Positions 13,387 to 26,489 of a DNA stretch of 64,000 nt are shown in pieces. A program made the position numbers and the translations under genes. Within the stretch, counting starts at the first letter, position 1, and every line of letters starts with the position of its first letter. Source of the DNA: Mobula hypostoma (taxonomy: Eukaryota); the NCBI RefSeq assembly GCF_963921235.1, contig NC_086108.1, forward strand, positions 96,040,001 through 96,104,000, given 5' to 3'. A model generated the notes under the pieces. That model was not told the DNA's origin, did no database searches, and was given only the letters and a program-made list of their open reading frames with translations.

Positions 13387-13995
13387 TTGGGGGGGGGGGA
13401 CAGCTTACCCGGGGGAAGCGACAGTGGCCGTGCCTCTGGCACAGAGTCTGGCCCTGTAGCTCAGAAGGGTAGGGCAAGGAAGAGGAGGGCAGTTGTGATA
13501 GGGGACTCGATAGTAAGGGGGTCAGATAGGCGATTCTGTGGACGCAGTCCAGAGACCCAGATGGTAGTTTGCCTCCCTGGTGCCAGGGTCCGGGATATTT
13601 CTGATCGTGTCCAAGATATCCTGAAGTGGGAGGGTGAGGAGCCAGAGGTCGTGGTACATATAGGTACCAATGACATAGGTAGGAAAAGGGATGAGGTCCT
13701 GAAAGGAGAATATAGGGAGCTAGGAAGGGAGTTGAGAAAAAGGACCGCAAAGGTAGTAATCTCGGGATTACTGCCTGTGCCACGTGACAGTGAGAGTAGG
13801 AATGCGATGAGGTGGAGGATAAATGCGTGGCTGAGGGATTGGAGCAGGGGGCAGGGATTCAAGTTTTTGGATCATTGGGACCTCTTTTGGCGCAGGTGTG
13901 ACCTGTACAAAAAGGACCGGTTACACTTGAATCCTAGGGGGACCAATATCCTGGCAGGGAGATTAGCGGGGGCGACTGAGGTGACTTTAAACTAG
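13387..13995 (+). CDS. CR1 ORF1 C-terminal part, SGNH/GDSL esterase domain
   Basis: Motifs VIGDSIVR, CLPGA, VHIGTND, DRLHLN. Confidence 0.85.
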   Translation: MGGGDSLPGGSDSGRASGTESGPVAQKGRARKRRAVVIGDSIVRGSDRRFCGRSPETQMVVCLPGARVRDISDRVQDILKWEGEEPEVVVHIGTNDIGRKRDEVLKGEYRELGRELRKRTAKVVISGLLPVPRDSESRNAMRWRINAWLRDWSRGQGFKFLDHWDLFWRRCDLYKKDRLHLNPRGTNILAGRLAGATEVTLN

Positions 13996-14007
13996 AATGA
14001 TTGGGGG

Positions 14008-17000
14008 GTGGGAATCAAATTAAAGAGGCTAGGCGTGAGGAGGTTAGTTCACAACAGAGGGATGGGAACCAGTGCAGAGAGACAGAGGAGCGTAGAAGCA
14101 AAAAGTACAAAGGAGAAAAGTAAAAGTGGCAGGCCGACAAATCCAGGGCAAGCATTAAAAAGGGCCACTTTTCAACATAATTGTACAAGGGCTAAGAGAG
14201 TTGTAAAAGAGCGCCTGAAGGCTTTATGTGTCAATGCAAGGAGCATTCGTAATAAGGTGGATGAATTGAAAGTGCAGATTGTTATTAATGATTATGATAT
14301 AGTTGGGATCACAGAGACATGGTTCCAGGGTGACCAGGGATGGGAGCTCAACGTTCAGGGATATTCAATATTCAGGAGGGATAGACATGAAGGAAGGGGA
14401 GGTGGGGTGGCGTTGCTGGTTAAAGAAGAGATTAACACAATAGAAAGGAAGGACATAAGCCGGGAAGATGTGGAATCGATATGGGTAGAGCTGCGTAACA
14501 CTAAGGGGCAGAAGACGCTGGTGGGAGTCGTGTACAGGCCACCTAACAGTAGTAGTGAGGTCAGAGATGGTATTAAACAGGAAATTAGAAATGTGTGCAA
14601 TAAAGGAACAGCAGTTATAATGGGTGACTTCAATCTACATGTAGACTGGGTGAACCAAATTGGTAAAGGTGCTGAGGAAGAGGATTTCTTGGAATGTATG
14701 CGGGATGGTTTTTTGAACCAACATGTCGAGGAACCAACTAGAGAGCAGGCTATTCTGGACTGGGTTTTGAGCAATGAGGAAGGGTTAATTAGCGATCTTG
14801 TCGTGAGAGGCCCCTTGGGTAAGAGTGACCATAATATGGTGGAATTCTTCATTAAGATGGAGAGTGACATCGTTAATTCAGAAACAAAGGTTCTGAACTT
14901 AAAGAGGGGTAACTTTGAAGGCATGAGACGTGAATTAGCTAAGATAGACTGGCAAATGACACTTAAAGGATTGATGGTGGATATGCAATGGCAAGCATTT
15001 AAAGGTTGCATGGATGAACTACAATTGTTCATCCCAGTTTGGCAAAAGAATAAATCAAGGAAGGTAGTGCACCCGTGGCTGACAAGAGAAATTAGGGATA
15101 GTATCAATTCCAAAGAAGTAGCATACAAATTAGCCAGAGAAAGTGGCTCACCTGAGGACTGGGAGAAATTCAGAGTTCAGCAGAGGAGGACAAAGGGCTT
15201 AATTAGGAAGGGGAAAAAAGATTATGAGAGAAAACTGGCGGGGAACATAAAAACGGAATGTAAAAGCTTTTATAGATATGTAAAAAGGAAAAGACTGGTA
15301 AAGACAAATGTAGGTCCCCTGCAGACAGAAACAGGTGAATTGATTATGGGGAGCAAGGACATGGCAGACCAATTGAATAATTACTTTGGTTCTGTCTTCA
15401 CTAAGGAGGACATAAATAATCTTCCAGAAATAGTAAGGGACAGAGGGTCCAGTGAGATGGAGGAACTGAGTGAAATACATGTTAGTAGGGAAGTGGTGTG
15501 AGGTAAATTGAAGGGATTGGAGGCAGATAAATCCCCAGGGCCAGATGGTCTGCATCCTAGAGTGCTTAAGGAAGTAGCCCAAGAAATAGTGGATGCATTA
15601 GTGATAATTTTTCAAAACTTGTTAGATTCTGGACTAGTTCCTGAGGATTGGAGGGTGGCTAATGTAACCCCACTTTTTAAAAAAGGAGGGAGAGAGAAAC
15701 CGGGGAATTATAGACCGGTTAGCCTAACGTCGGTGGTGGGGAAACTGCTGGAGTCAGTTATCAAGGATGTGATAACAGCACATTTGGAAAGCGGTGAAAT
15801 GATCGGACAAAGTCAGCATGGATTTGTGAAAGGAAAATCATGTCTGACGAATCTCATAGAATTTTTTGAGGATGTAACTAGTAGAGTGGATAGGGGAGAA
15901 CCAGTGGATGTGGTATATTTGGATTTTCAAAAGGCTTTTGACATGGTCCCACACAGGAGATTAGTGTGCAAACTTAAAGCACACGGTATTGGGGGTAAGG
16001 TATTGGTGTGGGTGGAGAATTGGTTAGCAGACAGGAAGCAAAGAGTGGGAATAAACGGGACCTTTTCAGAGTGGCAGGCAGTGACTAGTGGGGTACCGCA
16101 AGGCTCAGTGCTGGGACCCCAGTTGTTTACAATATATATTAATGACTTGGATGAGGGAATTAAATGCAGCATCTCCAAGTTTGCGGATGACACGAAGCTG
16201 GGTGGCAGTGTTAGCAGTGAGGAGGATGTTAAGAGGATGCAGGGTGACTTGGATAGGTTGGGTGAGTGGGCAAACTCATGGCAGATGCAATTTAATGTGG
16301 ATAAATGTGAAGTTATCCACTTTGGTGGCAAAAATAGGAAAACAGATTATTATCTGAATGGTGGCCGATTAGGAAAAGGGGAGGTGCAACGAGACCTGGG
16401 TGTCATTATACACCAGTCATTGAAAGTGGGCATGCAGGTACAGCAGGCGGTGAAAAAGGCGAATGGTATGCTGGCATTTATAGCAAGACGATTCGAGTAC
16501 AGGAGCAGGGAGGTACTACTGCAGTTGTACAAGGCCTCGGTGAGACCACACCTGGAGTATTGTGTGCAGTTTTGGTCCCCTAATCTGAGGAAAGACATCT
16601 TTGCCATAGAGGGAGTACAAAGAAGGTTCACCAGATTGATTCCTGGGATGGCAGGACTTTCATATGAAGAAAGACTGGATGAACTGGGCTTGTACTCATT
16701 GGAATTTAGAAGATTGAGGGGGGATCTGATTGAAACGTATAAGATCCTAAAGGGATTGGACAGGCTAGATGCAGGAAGATTGTTCCCGATGTTGGGGAAG
16801 TCCAGAACGAGGGGTCACAGTTTGAGGATAGAGGGGAAACCTTTTAGGACCGAGATGAGGAAAAACTTCTTCACACAGAGAGTGGTGAATCTGTGGAATT
16901 CTCTGCCACAGGAAACTGTTGAGGCCAGTTCATTGGCTATGTTTAAGAGGGAGTTAGATATGGCCCTTGTGGCTACAGGGGTCAGGGGGTATGGAGGGAA

Positions 17001-17019
17001 GGCTGGGGCGGGGTTCTGA
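14008..17019 (+). pseudogene. CR1 ORF2 (apurinic endonuclease + reverse transcriptase) with a single in-frame TGA at 15499-15501
   Basis: EN motifs NARS, GITETW, VYRPP, MGDFN, SDHN; RT motifs NYRPVSLTS, YLDFQKAFD, GVPQGSVLGP, FADD. ORFs 14008-15501 and 15508-17019 are in the same frame. Confidence 0.9.
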
Positions 17020-19215
17020 GTTGGATGATCAGCCATGATCATAATAAATGGCGGTGCAGTCTCAAAGGGCCGAATGGCCTACTCCTGCACCTATTTTCTA
17101 TGTTTCTAAACAAATACAGGAAGATGGTTCAATTTTGTAATCTCTTGTACTCAAACGCATTTCTTCACTGTGATCAGATAGTATAATCCTTTTACAGTTG
17201 TTCACTGGTTACAATCAAATATTAAACCTCTAAAACACTTCCAAATACATTCACTACTAGCTCTGTTCTACCTAGCAATTCTACCTGAAGTCCCTTTTGT
17301 GCTATTGATTCAGACACGTAGAAAGAATCCATTTATCCCTCTGGCAGCAATGAAACGCAGGTGTGACTATTTCTCCTTATAAATGTACTTTGAATTATTG
17401 TGTAGATAGTCAAAGCACCAAAATATCTGACATTAGAGTTACCTTTTAATTGACAGTAATAGCTTATTATATGACATCTTACATTCAGTAAACTTAATCA
17501 TAGCTGGCTTACACTCACTTGCAAAACCAATTTCATGGCTTTGAGATGAACATTTTAGGTTTTAGAAGTTAACAGAATGTGACTTAACTCCTTACATGTA
17601 CAGGAATACCAAATGTCAGATAGTTTTTATTTACATCAGGTCAGAACCATGCAAGTAAAAGCTTTCACTTACATGGTCAGAAATACAAAAATAATTATCC
17701 TTAATTCTGTGCAGGAACCTTGAAGTTCCAAACTGATTTTCTGGACAATTTCCAGACTGCTGTTGCCATATTCTGGAAATGCAGAGTACAGTGTGAAAGA
17801 CAAAATAGATTCTTTATTTTAACATGTCCTTGTTTCTTGATATCCCATAGTTGCTTTTTATAGCTGTCTGGATTTTTTTTAAAAATATAAACTTTTTTTT
17901 AAAAAAACTGGATGATGCCTCTTACCTCATTTGCTAACTAACTACACAAGTAAAACCATCGCCTTCTAAGGATATGCACTAGTTTTGTATTGCAACATTT
18001 GAATACTTTCCACAACTTGTCTGAAAATTTACCAATTAACAACTCAGTCTACATTTCTGATCTGTTCACATTTTATTTTTTTGAATTTAAAAACTTGACC
18101 CAGACGGTTAGCCAAATTCTCACTCATTGCTTGTCAAATCTAGAATGTCAGATTGAAAAGTTAGTGAAAAGGATTGCCCAAATATAATATCAAATATTTA
18201 TTACTTTTCTGCTAGAATGCAAGATAACGTTTTAAAATCATAAGATGAAACATTAGAATGTCAAGGCAAAGAACCCAGCAGCAGCTGATCAAAATCAAGA
18301 AACTGCAGATGCTGGAAATCTGAAAAATTAGCTGCTTCTCTTTGCACAGAACTGATTGTTTTTAAGACCTCGCAGTGGCCTCATTCCAGCAGCACATTAG
18401 GTTGGGATAATGTTATCAGCTTTGCTCTGGAATTAACTTAGAAGTAAAGTGGCCCAAAAACCAGAAGGATCAGTGGAAAGGTGTGGCAATTGTCAGGCTG
18501 CATTCATGTGGTATTTTCAGGTCAATAGTAGAATCGACCTGTGACAATTAAGATACATAAGTCGACGTATTTACATTAAAAATGTATAAAGAAATTAGAA
18601 CTGGTATAGTCACAAGCATTTTTTAAAAATAGTGTGACAGGTAAGGTTACTCCTGTTTTCCCTGTTGCACCCACCAAAAAATGAAATCCCATTTTCACTG
18701 AGGATTTCAAAATAATTGAATTATTTGTTTAGACATCTCTTTTTAAAGTACCTTTGCTTTTCCAATTATTTGTAGTACATTTAAAATTAGTGCCTCCGTT
18801 TGCACACTGTGCACCTCAGTGGAAATACTTGAAATCTAATTATTCAAAGTGCCAATTAGTCAAGAAAATATGACTGTTCATAAACATTAATCCTCAAGGA
18901 AGCCAGCTAAAAGCAATGGGCTGTATTCAAAAGCAAAATATTAAAAGTATCACATATCCAAAACAATAACTGAAAATTCTAATAATACTCAGACCTGAGT
19001 ATTCTCAGTATTCTAATAATACTCAGCATGTGTGTGTGAGAGGCAACAGTACAGGTCAATAAACTATCAAAACTGGAGAAGTTGCAAATGAAACAAGTTT
19101 TAACTTATAGAGAAAGTGAGGATAGGACAGAATCAAAAGAAATGTCTGAAATCTGCAGTTGATGCAACTGGAAAAGAACTGTTGAAATTTGACATTGCAA
19201 GAGATAAAAATTATA

Positions 19216-20045
19216 CAGTGGTATACAACAGTTTGGGCACCCCGGTCAAAATTTCTGTTACTGTGAATAGCTGAGTAAAAGATGAACTGATTTCCAAAAG
19301 GTTAAAGATGACACATTTCTTTAATATTTAAAGCAAAAAAAAAACTTTATTTCCATCTTCTACAGTTTCAAAATAACAATAAAGGAAAAGGGCCCAAAGC
19401 AAAAGTTCGGGCACCCTGCTTGGCAGTACTTAATAACACCCCCTTTGGCAAGTATCACAGCTTGTAAACGCTTTTTGTAGCCAGCTAAGAGTCTTTCAAT
19501 TCTTGTTTGGGGGATTTTCACCTATTCTTCCTTGAAAAAGGCTTCTAGTTCTGTGAGATTATTGGAATGTCTTGCATGCACTGCTCTTTTGAGGTCTATC
19601 CACAGATTCTCAATGATGTTTAGGTCAGGGAACTGCGAGGGCCATGGCAAAACCTTCATCTTCGCCTCTTGAGGTAGTCCATTAGGGATTCTGAGGTGTG
19701 CTTAGGTTCATTATCCTGTTGTAGAAGCCATCCTCTTTTCATCTTCGGCTTTCTGACAGACGGTGTGATGTTTGCTTCCAGAATTTGCTGGTATTTAATT
19801 GAATTCATTCTTCCCTCTACCAGTAAATGTTCCCCGTGCCACTGGCTGCAACACAAGCCCAAAGCATGATTGATCCACCCCCGTGCTTAACAGTTGGAGA
19901 GGGGTTCTTTTCATGAAATTCTGCACCCTTTTTTCTCCAAACATACCTTTGCTCATTGCAGCCAAAAAGTTCTATTTTAACTTCATCAGTCCACAGGACT
20001 GGTTTCCAAAATGCATCAGGCTTGTTTAGATGTTCCTTTGAATCT
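19216..20045 (-). mobile_element. Tc1-family DNA transposon, one-ended fragment (IR/DR type)
   Basis: TA|CAGTGG terminus; repeated TTTGGGCACCC/TTCGGGCACCC binding-site-like motif; ORF 19656-19862(-) with Tc1 motifs MNS..YQQILE and LQQDNEPKHTS. Confidence 0.85.
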
Positions 20046-20119
20046 TTTGGAAGCTTGTATCACCAGGCTTAACAACAGTTCTACCCTGCTCTTACAGGAC
20101 TATTGAATGGTTCCCTAGT

Positions 20120-20390
20120 GCACGGTAGCGTAGTGGTTGGCACAACGCTTTGCAGTACCAGCGAACTGGGTCCAATTCTCGCCACTTCCTGAAGGAGTAT
20201 GTACGTTCTCCCTGTGACTACATGGGATTTATCTGGGTGCTCTGGTTTTCAACCACAGTCCAAAGACATACCAGTTGGGAAGTTAATTGGTCATTGTAAA
20301 ATTGTCCCGTGATTAGACTAGGGTTAAATTGGGGGTTACTGGGCAGCGCAGCTGGAAGGGGTAACTTCATCCTGTATCTCAATAAATAGT
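20120..20390 (+). mobile_element. V-SINE/HE1-like tRNA SINE
   Basis: GGTAGCGTAGTGG A box; V-domain-like GTACGTTCTCCCTGTG...GGGTGCTCTGGTTT...CCACAGTCCAAAGAC; related copies at about 39180-39330(-), 52250-52480(+) and 62460-62530(-). Confidence 0.75.
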
Positions 20391-20657
20391 TCTTGATCTC
20401 TCGACTTACCTCATTATGACCTTGTAACTTATTGTCTACCTGCACTGCACTCTCTACAAGTTACACTTTATTTCTGCATTGTTATTGCTTTACCTTGCCC
20501 TACCTCAACGCACTGTGTAATGATCAGGATTTAAGACAAGCTTTTCACTGTACCTTAGTACATGTTACAATAACAAAACAATTCCAATTTCTAAATCAAC
20601 ACACAAAATACTGGAGAAACTCAACAGATCAGATAGCATCTATGGAAATGAATGAAC

Positions 20658-20693
20658 AGTCAACGTTTCGGGCTGAGACCCTTCATCAGGACC
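20658..20693 (-). ncRNA. Minimal type I hammerhead ribozyme with intact core
   Basis: Minus strand reads GGUC-CUGAUGA-A-GGGUCUCAGCCC-GAAAC-GUU-GACU: conserved core, stems I and II, palindromic stem III. Confidence 0.8.
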
Positions 20694-21944
20694 CAATTTC
20701 CCAATAATGTTACTACCTACCACAGGAGAACAGTTTTGATATTGGTTTATTATTCTTACATGTACCAAGATATAATGAAAAACTGTCTTGAATACTGCTC
20801 ATACAGATCAAACTATACAGCACAAGGTAAAGCAATAACAATGCAGAATAAAGTGTAAAAAACTACAGAGTGCAGTGTAGGCAAACAATAAAGTGTAAGA
20901 TCATAATGAGGTAAGTAAGAAGCCAAATATACTAAGGCAATAACTAGGTTTTAAAAATGCTTTCACCCTCTACAAGGCAGGACAGGGAGGGATAAATGTT
21001 GGGGCAAGTGCAGTTTGAACAAAACTGAAGAAACTTGACACCATAATCTGTGACCTCCACCTCTATGGACAAAAGGTATCACTGTCTGCAAATTTCCCTC
21101 TAGGTCGCCACGATTTGGAAATAGATATTGTTCGTTATAATTGAAACAACTCCCTACGCAATAGCCTCATGGCCACTGCTTTACCAATAGAAAATGAAGC
21201 AGTTTAAAAACAGCAGATCAGTGACATCAGGAACAGTCAAAGACAAAAAATAAATTCTTTCTTACCATTGGTGTCCACCACAACAACAAAAAAAACTGAT
21301 GCTGCAAAAAGAGGTGCAAATGCAATACAATCCTGATGAATCCAAACAAAAGGTGAAGCACAATGATTAATGCTATGGAAGCGATTTTTTTTTTGGTCTC
21401 TACAAAAATAAATACAGGATTAATTCCAACATGCAGAGTGATCACTTTCCTCCTCAAAGAATGGTCGTTGTGATAGCAGATTATCTGCCGTATGATACAC
21501 AAGAACTGGAACTTTACTTTCCCAAAGCTCTTCGTCAGTAAAGCAATGTTCAACTACCACTTGCAACTTTATGCCAATTCAGACTCGATTCCAGGTTAGC
21601 CAGGGTGATGGGGAGCTGGGGGAACTGTAAGAAAAAAGGAGATTGTAGGATGGCCTGGGTAGATCAGAATGGGAAAGAAAGGGACTGGAGGAAGGGCAGG
21701 TTACCTGAAATTGGAAATTTCAATATGCATGTCTTTGGGCCATAGACTACCCAGACAGAATACGAGGTTCTGTATTTCTAAATCAATAAACTTGTTTAAG
21801 AATGGACCCAAACATTGACAAATACCAAAGAATGAAATTTTTGCGATTGGAATGCTTTGACACGCATGCATGTTTTTTTTCCCCTGATCTGCTGAAGCAA
21901 AGTGGTATTATTGACTCAGTCTCATTTTTTTCCTCTACATTCTG

Positions 21945-22897
21945 GGACCTCTACTTTTTGTGATTTTTATTAATGACCTGGATGTGGGGGTAGAAGGGTG
22001 GGTTGGCAAGTTTGCAGACGCCACAAAGGTTGGTGGTGTTGTAGATAGTGTAGAGGATTGTCAAAGATTGCAGAGAGACATTGATAGGATGCAGGAGTGG
22101 GCTGAGAAGTGGCAGATGGAGTTCAACCCAGAGAAGTGTGAAGTGGTACACTTTGGAAGGACAAACTCCAAGGCAAAGTAAATGGCAGGATACTAGGTAG
22201 TGTGGAGGAGCAGAGGGATCTCGGGGTACATGTCCACAGATCCCTGAAAGTTGCCTCACAGGTGGATGGGGTAGTTAAGAAAGCTTATGGGGTGTTAGCT
22301 TTCATAAGTCGAGGGATAGAGTTTAAGAGTCGCGATGTAATGATGCAGCTCTATAAAACTCTGGTTAGGCCACACTTGGAGTACTGTGTCCCGTTCTGGT
22401 CACCTCACTATAGGAAGGATGTGGAAGCTTTGGAAAGGGTACAGAAGAGATTTACCAGGTTGCTGCCTGGTTTAGAAAGTATGCATTATGATCAGAGATC
22501 AAGGGAGCTAGGGCTTTACACTTTGGAGAGAAGTAGAATGAGAGGAGACTTGATAGACGTGTACAAGATAATGAGAGGAATACATAGAGTGGATAGCCAG
22601 CGCCTCTTCCCCAGGGCACCACTGCTCAATACAAGAGGACATGGCTTCAAGGTAAGGGGTGGGAAGTTCAAGGGGGATATTAGAGGAAGGTTTTTTACTC
22701 AGAGAGTGGTTGGTGCGTAGAATGCACTGCCTGAGTCAGTGGTGGAGGCAGATACACTAGTGAAGTTTAAGAGACTACTAGACAGGTATATGGAGGAATT
22801 TAAGGTGGGGGCTTATATGGGAGGCAGGGTTTGAGGGTCGGCACAACATTGTGGGCCGAAGGGCCTGTACTGTGCTGTACTATTCTATGTTCTATGT
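21945..22897 (+). mobile_element. CR1 3' fragment
   Basis: RT C-terminus (INDLD...KFADATK, VRPHLEYC) and (TTCTATG) tail. Confidence 0.9.
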
Positions 22898-23519
22898 AGA
22901 GGTAGAATCATGGCTTATGATTGTATTAAGATTATATTTCTGAAGACGTTATTCCATATTACAAGTCACTATCAACCAGCAAACTCAGTAACTAACATTT
23001 CCCTTGAGTTGAAAAAACGGAAATCTAAAAATAGTGTTCTTTTTACAATAAGCATTTAAAAATAGGATCATCAACCTTGTTTTAAATTACGAGTAATTGC
23101 CAGCTGGCCAGAAGTTAATTAAGTTTACCTCAAAAAGAAAATACAAGTGTTTATTTATGAAAATAATATTTAATTATGACACTTATACAATTGAATGAAC
23201 TGTTTAAAGTTAATCAGAAAAACTGTGGGCACCACCTCTTTTATACAAATATTAGGACTGTTTGAATTGGACTGTAAAAGACACCATAGGATTATGGTGC
23301 ACTGGATGTAAATCTGTGCAATTATCTCAATTTAAAGGACAACATCAATACATACTTACAACCAGCAAAGTGGTCCAATTAAACTGGTCCAATTAAACTA
23401 AGTGGTAAACTAACTAAATCACAATTTAATTGGAAGCTAGTTTGAGAAAATTCCAAAAAGAAGTTGCACGTGATGCAACAACATAAAAGAGACAAAATAT
23501 TAAGAATGCCAATGATTGG

Positions 23520-24030
23520 AATTCATAAACACGAGAAAGTCTGCAGACACTGGAAATCCAAGACAATACATGCAAAATGCTGGCGGAACTCAGCAGGTCA
23601 GGCAGCATCTATGGAAATGAATGAACAGTCGACATTTCTGGCCAAGACCATTTTCGGTCCTGAAGGAGGAAGGGGAAAGGTGCTAGAATAAAAACGTAGG
23701 GGGACGGGGAGGAGACTAACTAGAATGTCATTAGTGAAGCAAAGTGGGTGGAAAAGGTCAAGAGCTGGAGAAGAAAGAATCTGATAGAAGAGGAGAGTAG
23801 ACAAGAGGAGAAAGGATAGGAGGGGGGCACAGGGAGAAGTGACAGGCAATTGAGAAGAGGCCAGAGTGGGAAACAGAAGAAGAGGGGAGGAGGAGGGAAA
23901 AAAATTACTAGAAGGAGAAATTCATATCCATGCCATCGGGTTGGAAGCTCCTGGCCTGAAATGTCGACTGTTCATTCATTTCCATAGATGCTGCCAGACC
24001 CGCCGAGTTCCTCCAGCATTTTGAGAGTGA
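23520..24030. mobile_element. Penelope pLTR fragments in inverted arrangement
   Basis: Minus copy at 23520-23945 followed by a plus copy of the same 3' end at 23950-24025. Confidence 0.75.
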
Positions 24031-24557
24031 TTGGAAATTGTAGAAGATATATTTTAGTTCAAGTTTTATCAAGCAGGTGGGTCCAAGAAAGAACTGGCAG
24101 GATACCCATCGCAATTTTCAACATGCCTGAACTAAGGAGCTAAACTAAGCCAGCAAGCACAAAAGACAAACTACTTAAGTACAGATTGAAAGAAGCTTAA
24201 AGGACTGGAATGGGGGAAACAAGAGAGGGTAAGGTAATGAAAAGGAATGATTTATTACAATAAGGGGTGAGGAGAGTGTTAAGCAAAAACAGAAGACTAT
24301 TAAAATAGAGCTTGCATTTCCATGAACAGCAGGGAGAAACCCTAAGTACATACTGTTAATCTTACAAAGCAGCTCACAAAATAATAGAGACTAAAAAAGT
24401 AGTAGGAACATGCAATGAAACCTCATGCTTGCTCCACTATTCAATAATGTCAAGGCTGATATTTTTTATTTCTCTTAATTCTATATCCGTTGATTCCCTT
24501 CCTATTCAAACAAAAATTAAACTATCTTTACCTTTGTCATTGTGCCCCCAAAACCTG

Positions 24558-24642
24558 CAGGGGTTCCCAACCCGGGATCCACAGACCCTGCAGTTAATGG
24601 TAGGAGCCCCATGGCATTAAAAAAAAAAGTTGGGAACCCCTG
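24558..24642. mobile_element. hAT-type mini-MITE
   Basis: TIR CAGGGGTTCCCAAC/GTTGGGAACCCCTG; opposite-orientation copy at 57427-57505; no clear TSD. Confidence 0.75.
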
Positions 24643-25624
24643 CTCCAAGGTATAGAATACCAATGGATTCACTGCAATTCAAGTGAAGAAAGACATTCTC
24701 AAGCTGAAGACAGTGTAAAAGAAATTTACAAGGATGCTTGCTGGATTAGAGGTTTTGAGTTATTGGGAGAGGTTCAAATTTCAAAGTCAATTTATTATCA
24801 AAATATGCAATTACCACAAGATTCATTTTCATACAGGAATTTACAGGAAAATGAATACTATAGAATTTTCTTTGCACCTTTCCAAACTCTGCCTACTTTA
24901 ATTGAATTGACTTTATTACTTACATCCTTCAAATACATGAGTAAAAAATCTTTACATTACGACTCCGTTCAAATGTGCAAATTGCAATCATAGTAATAAA
25001 TAGCATGTACAACAGGATATAATAAATACTATGTACAACAGGATAGTCAATATAACAGAAATACAGTAGCATCAGCATGAATTAATCAGGCTGATGGCCT
25101 GGTGGAAGAAGCTGTCCCAGAGACAGTGGGTTCTGGCTTTTACGCTGCGGTACAGTTTCCCGGTTGGTAGCAGCTGGAACAGTTTGTGGTTGGGGTGACT
25201 CAGGTCCCCAATGATTCTTCGGGCCCTTTTTACACACCTATCTTTGTAGATGTCTTGAATAGTGGGAAGTTCACATCTGCAGATGCGCTGGGCTGTCCAC
25301 AAAACTCTCTGCAGATACCTACGGTTAAGGGAAGTACCGTTCCTATACTAGGCAGTAATCTGCCCTCTTAATATTGGGTGGGGGGGCGGGGGAAGCTAGA
25401 GAATACTCCCAAAGAATGTATGCTCCCATCCTGTTTCTGACTTTACCCACACACTCTTCCTCCAAGACATCCTCCCTTTCGACAGCTGTGATACTATCCC
25501 TGATTAGCAATGCCACTCTTTCACTTTTTTAAAAAAAATATATATACTTCCTCTCCCTATCCCTTTTGAAATATCTGAACACCAGAATGTCAAGTAGCCA
25601 ATCCTGACCTTGTGTGGCCATATT

Positions 25625-26420
25625 ATGAGCGGAGTGATGATAGCACTAAATGGCAACTCCTTTGCTTGCATCTTCGGAAACAGTTCTATTTCCATCTTTA
25701 ATGTCTCTATTTTTCCCTTTCAGAGTTCTTTTGAAGACCCTGACCTGGAGTTACACATTGACTTCATTTGTTTTGCGGGAATGGGACCTGCTCTCGGGAT
25801 TTCGTGACTGGCCATTATTCAACATGCCAAAGACGTGGCCTAAGAGCTTAGCTCGCCTTCGGAGGTCCAAAATTTCGTGGCTTTGGAGACGGGCAGATCG
25901 AAGGTCAGTGTCCCAACAGAAAATTGGTGTGTCGTCGTGGGAATCGGAAGATCTATGGCTGTGTGCCCAGAGACCCAAGATCTTTGGGCACAGAGCTTGA
26001 AAAAAGTGACGCAATGGACTTTTAACATCGTAAACCAGTGAGTTGTTTGTTATGTCTCCCCTCTCGCTGTGAAACGGAGACACCTCTTTCTCCCTTATTC
26101 AGGAGAGAGAGAGCCTGTGGTATGTCAAATACCGGGTGAACAGCAGTTTTTGGGGTACTGCAAGTCTGTGTCTTTGCTGCATGCTTGAGTGCTCGGTTTT
26201 GGATGCCGATGCTTTTTGTTGCTGGTGGGGGGAGGGGGGATCATTACTTGCTGCCGCTTACACGTGGGAGGGAGGGGAGCTGGGGGTGACTTTGGGGTTC
26301 TAACATTTAACTGTCATTCATTCTTTATGGGCACTCCTCTGTTTTTGTGGATGGTTGCGAAGAAAACGCATTTCAGGATGCATATTGTATACATTTCTCT
26401 GACATTAAATGTACCTTTGA
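25625..26420 (+). repeat. Unclassified interspersed repeat
   Basis: 3' part (about 26070-26420) is the reverse complement of 3290-3635. Confidence 0.6.
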
Positions 26421-26489
26421 AACCTTCCCCAGAGGCCTCTTTAAAAAAAATAATCTTTTCTCATTGTAGATCTAAAACAGCCTTTTCCC

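Larger units (their letters stand above)
13375..17107 (+). mobile_element. Near-intact, 5'-truncated CR1-clade LINE
   Basis: Esterase-type ORF1 remnant, APE+RT ORF2, and a CR1-type 3' UTR ending in (ttcta/tgtttct)-type repeats. Confidence 0.93.

Noticed and set aside
14355..16631. Long antisense ORFs (257, 127, 134 and 93 aa) over CR1 ORF2, and similar ones over Gypsy pol
   Set aside because: Shadow ORFs of retroelement coding sequence with no independent motifs.
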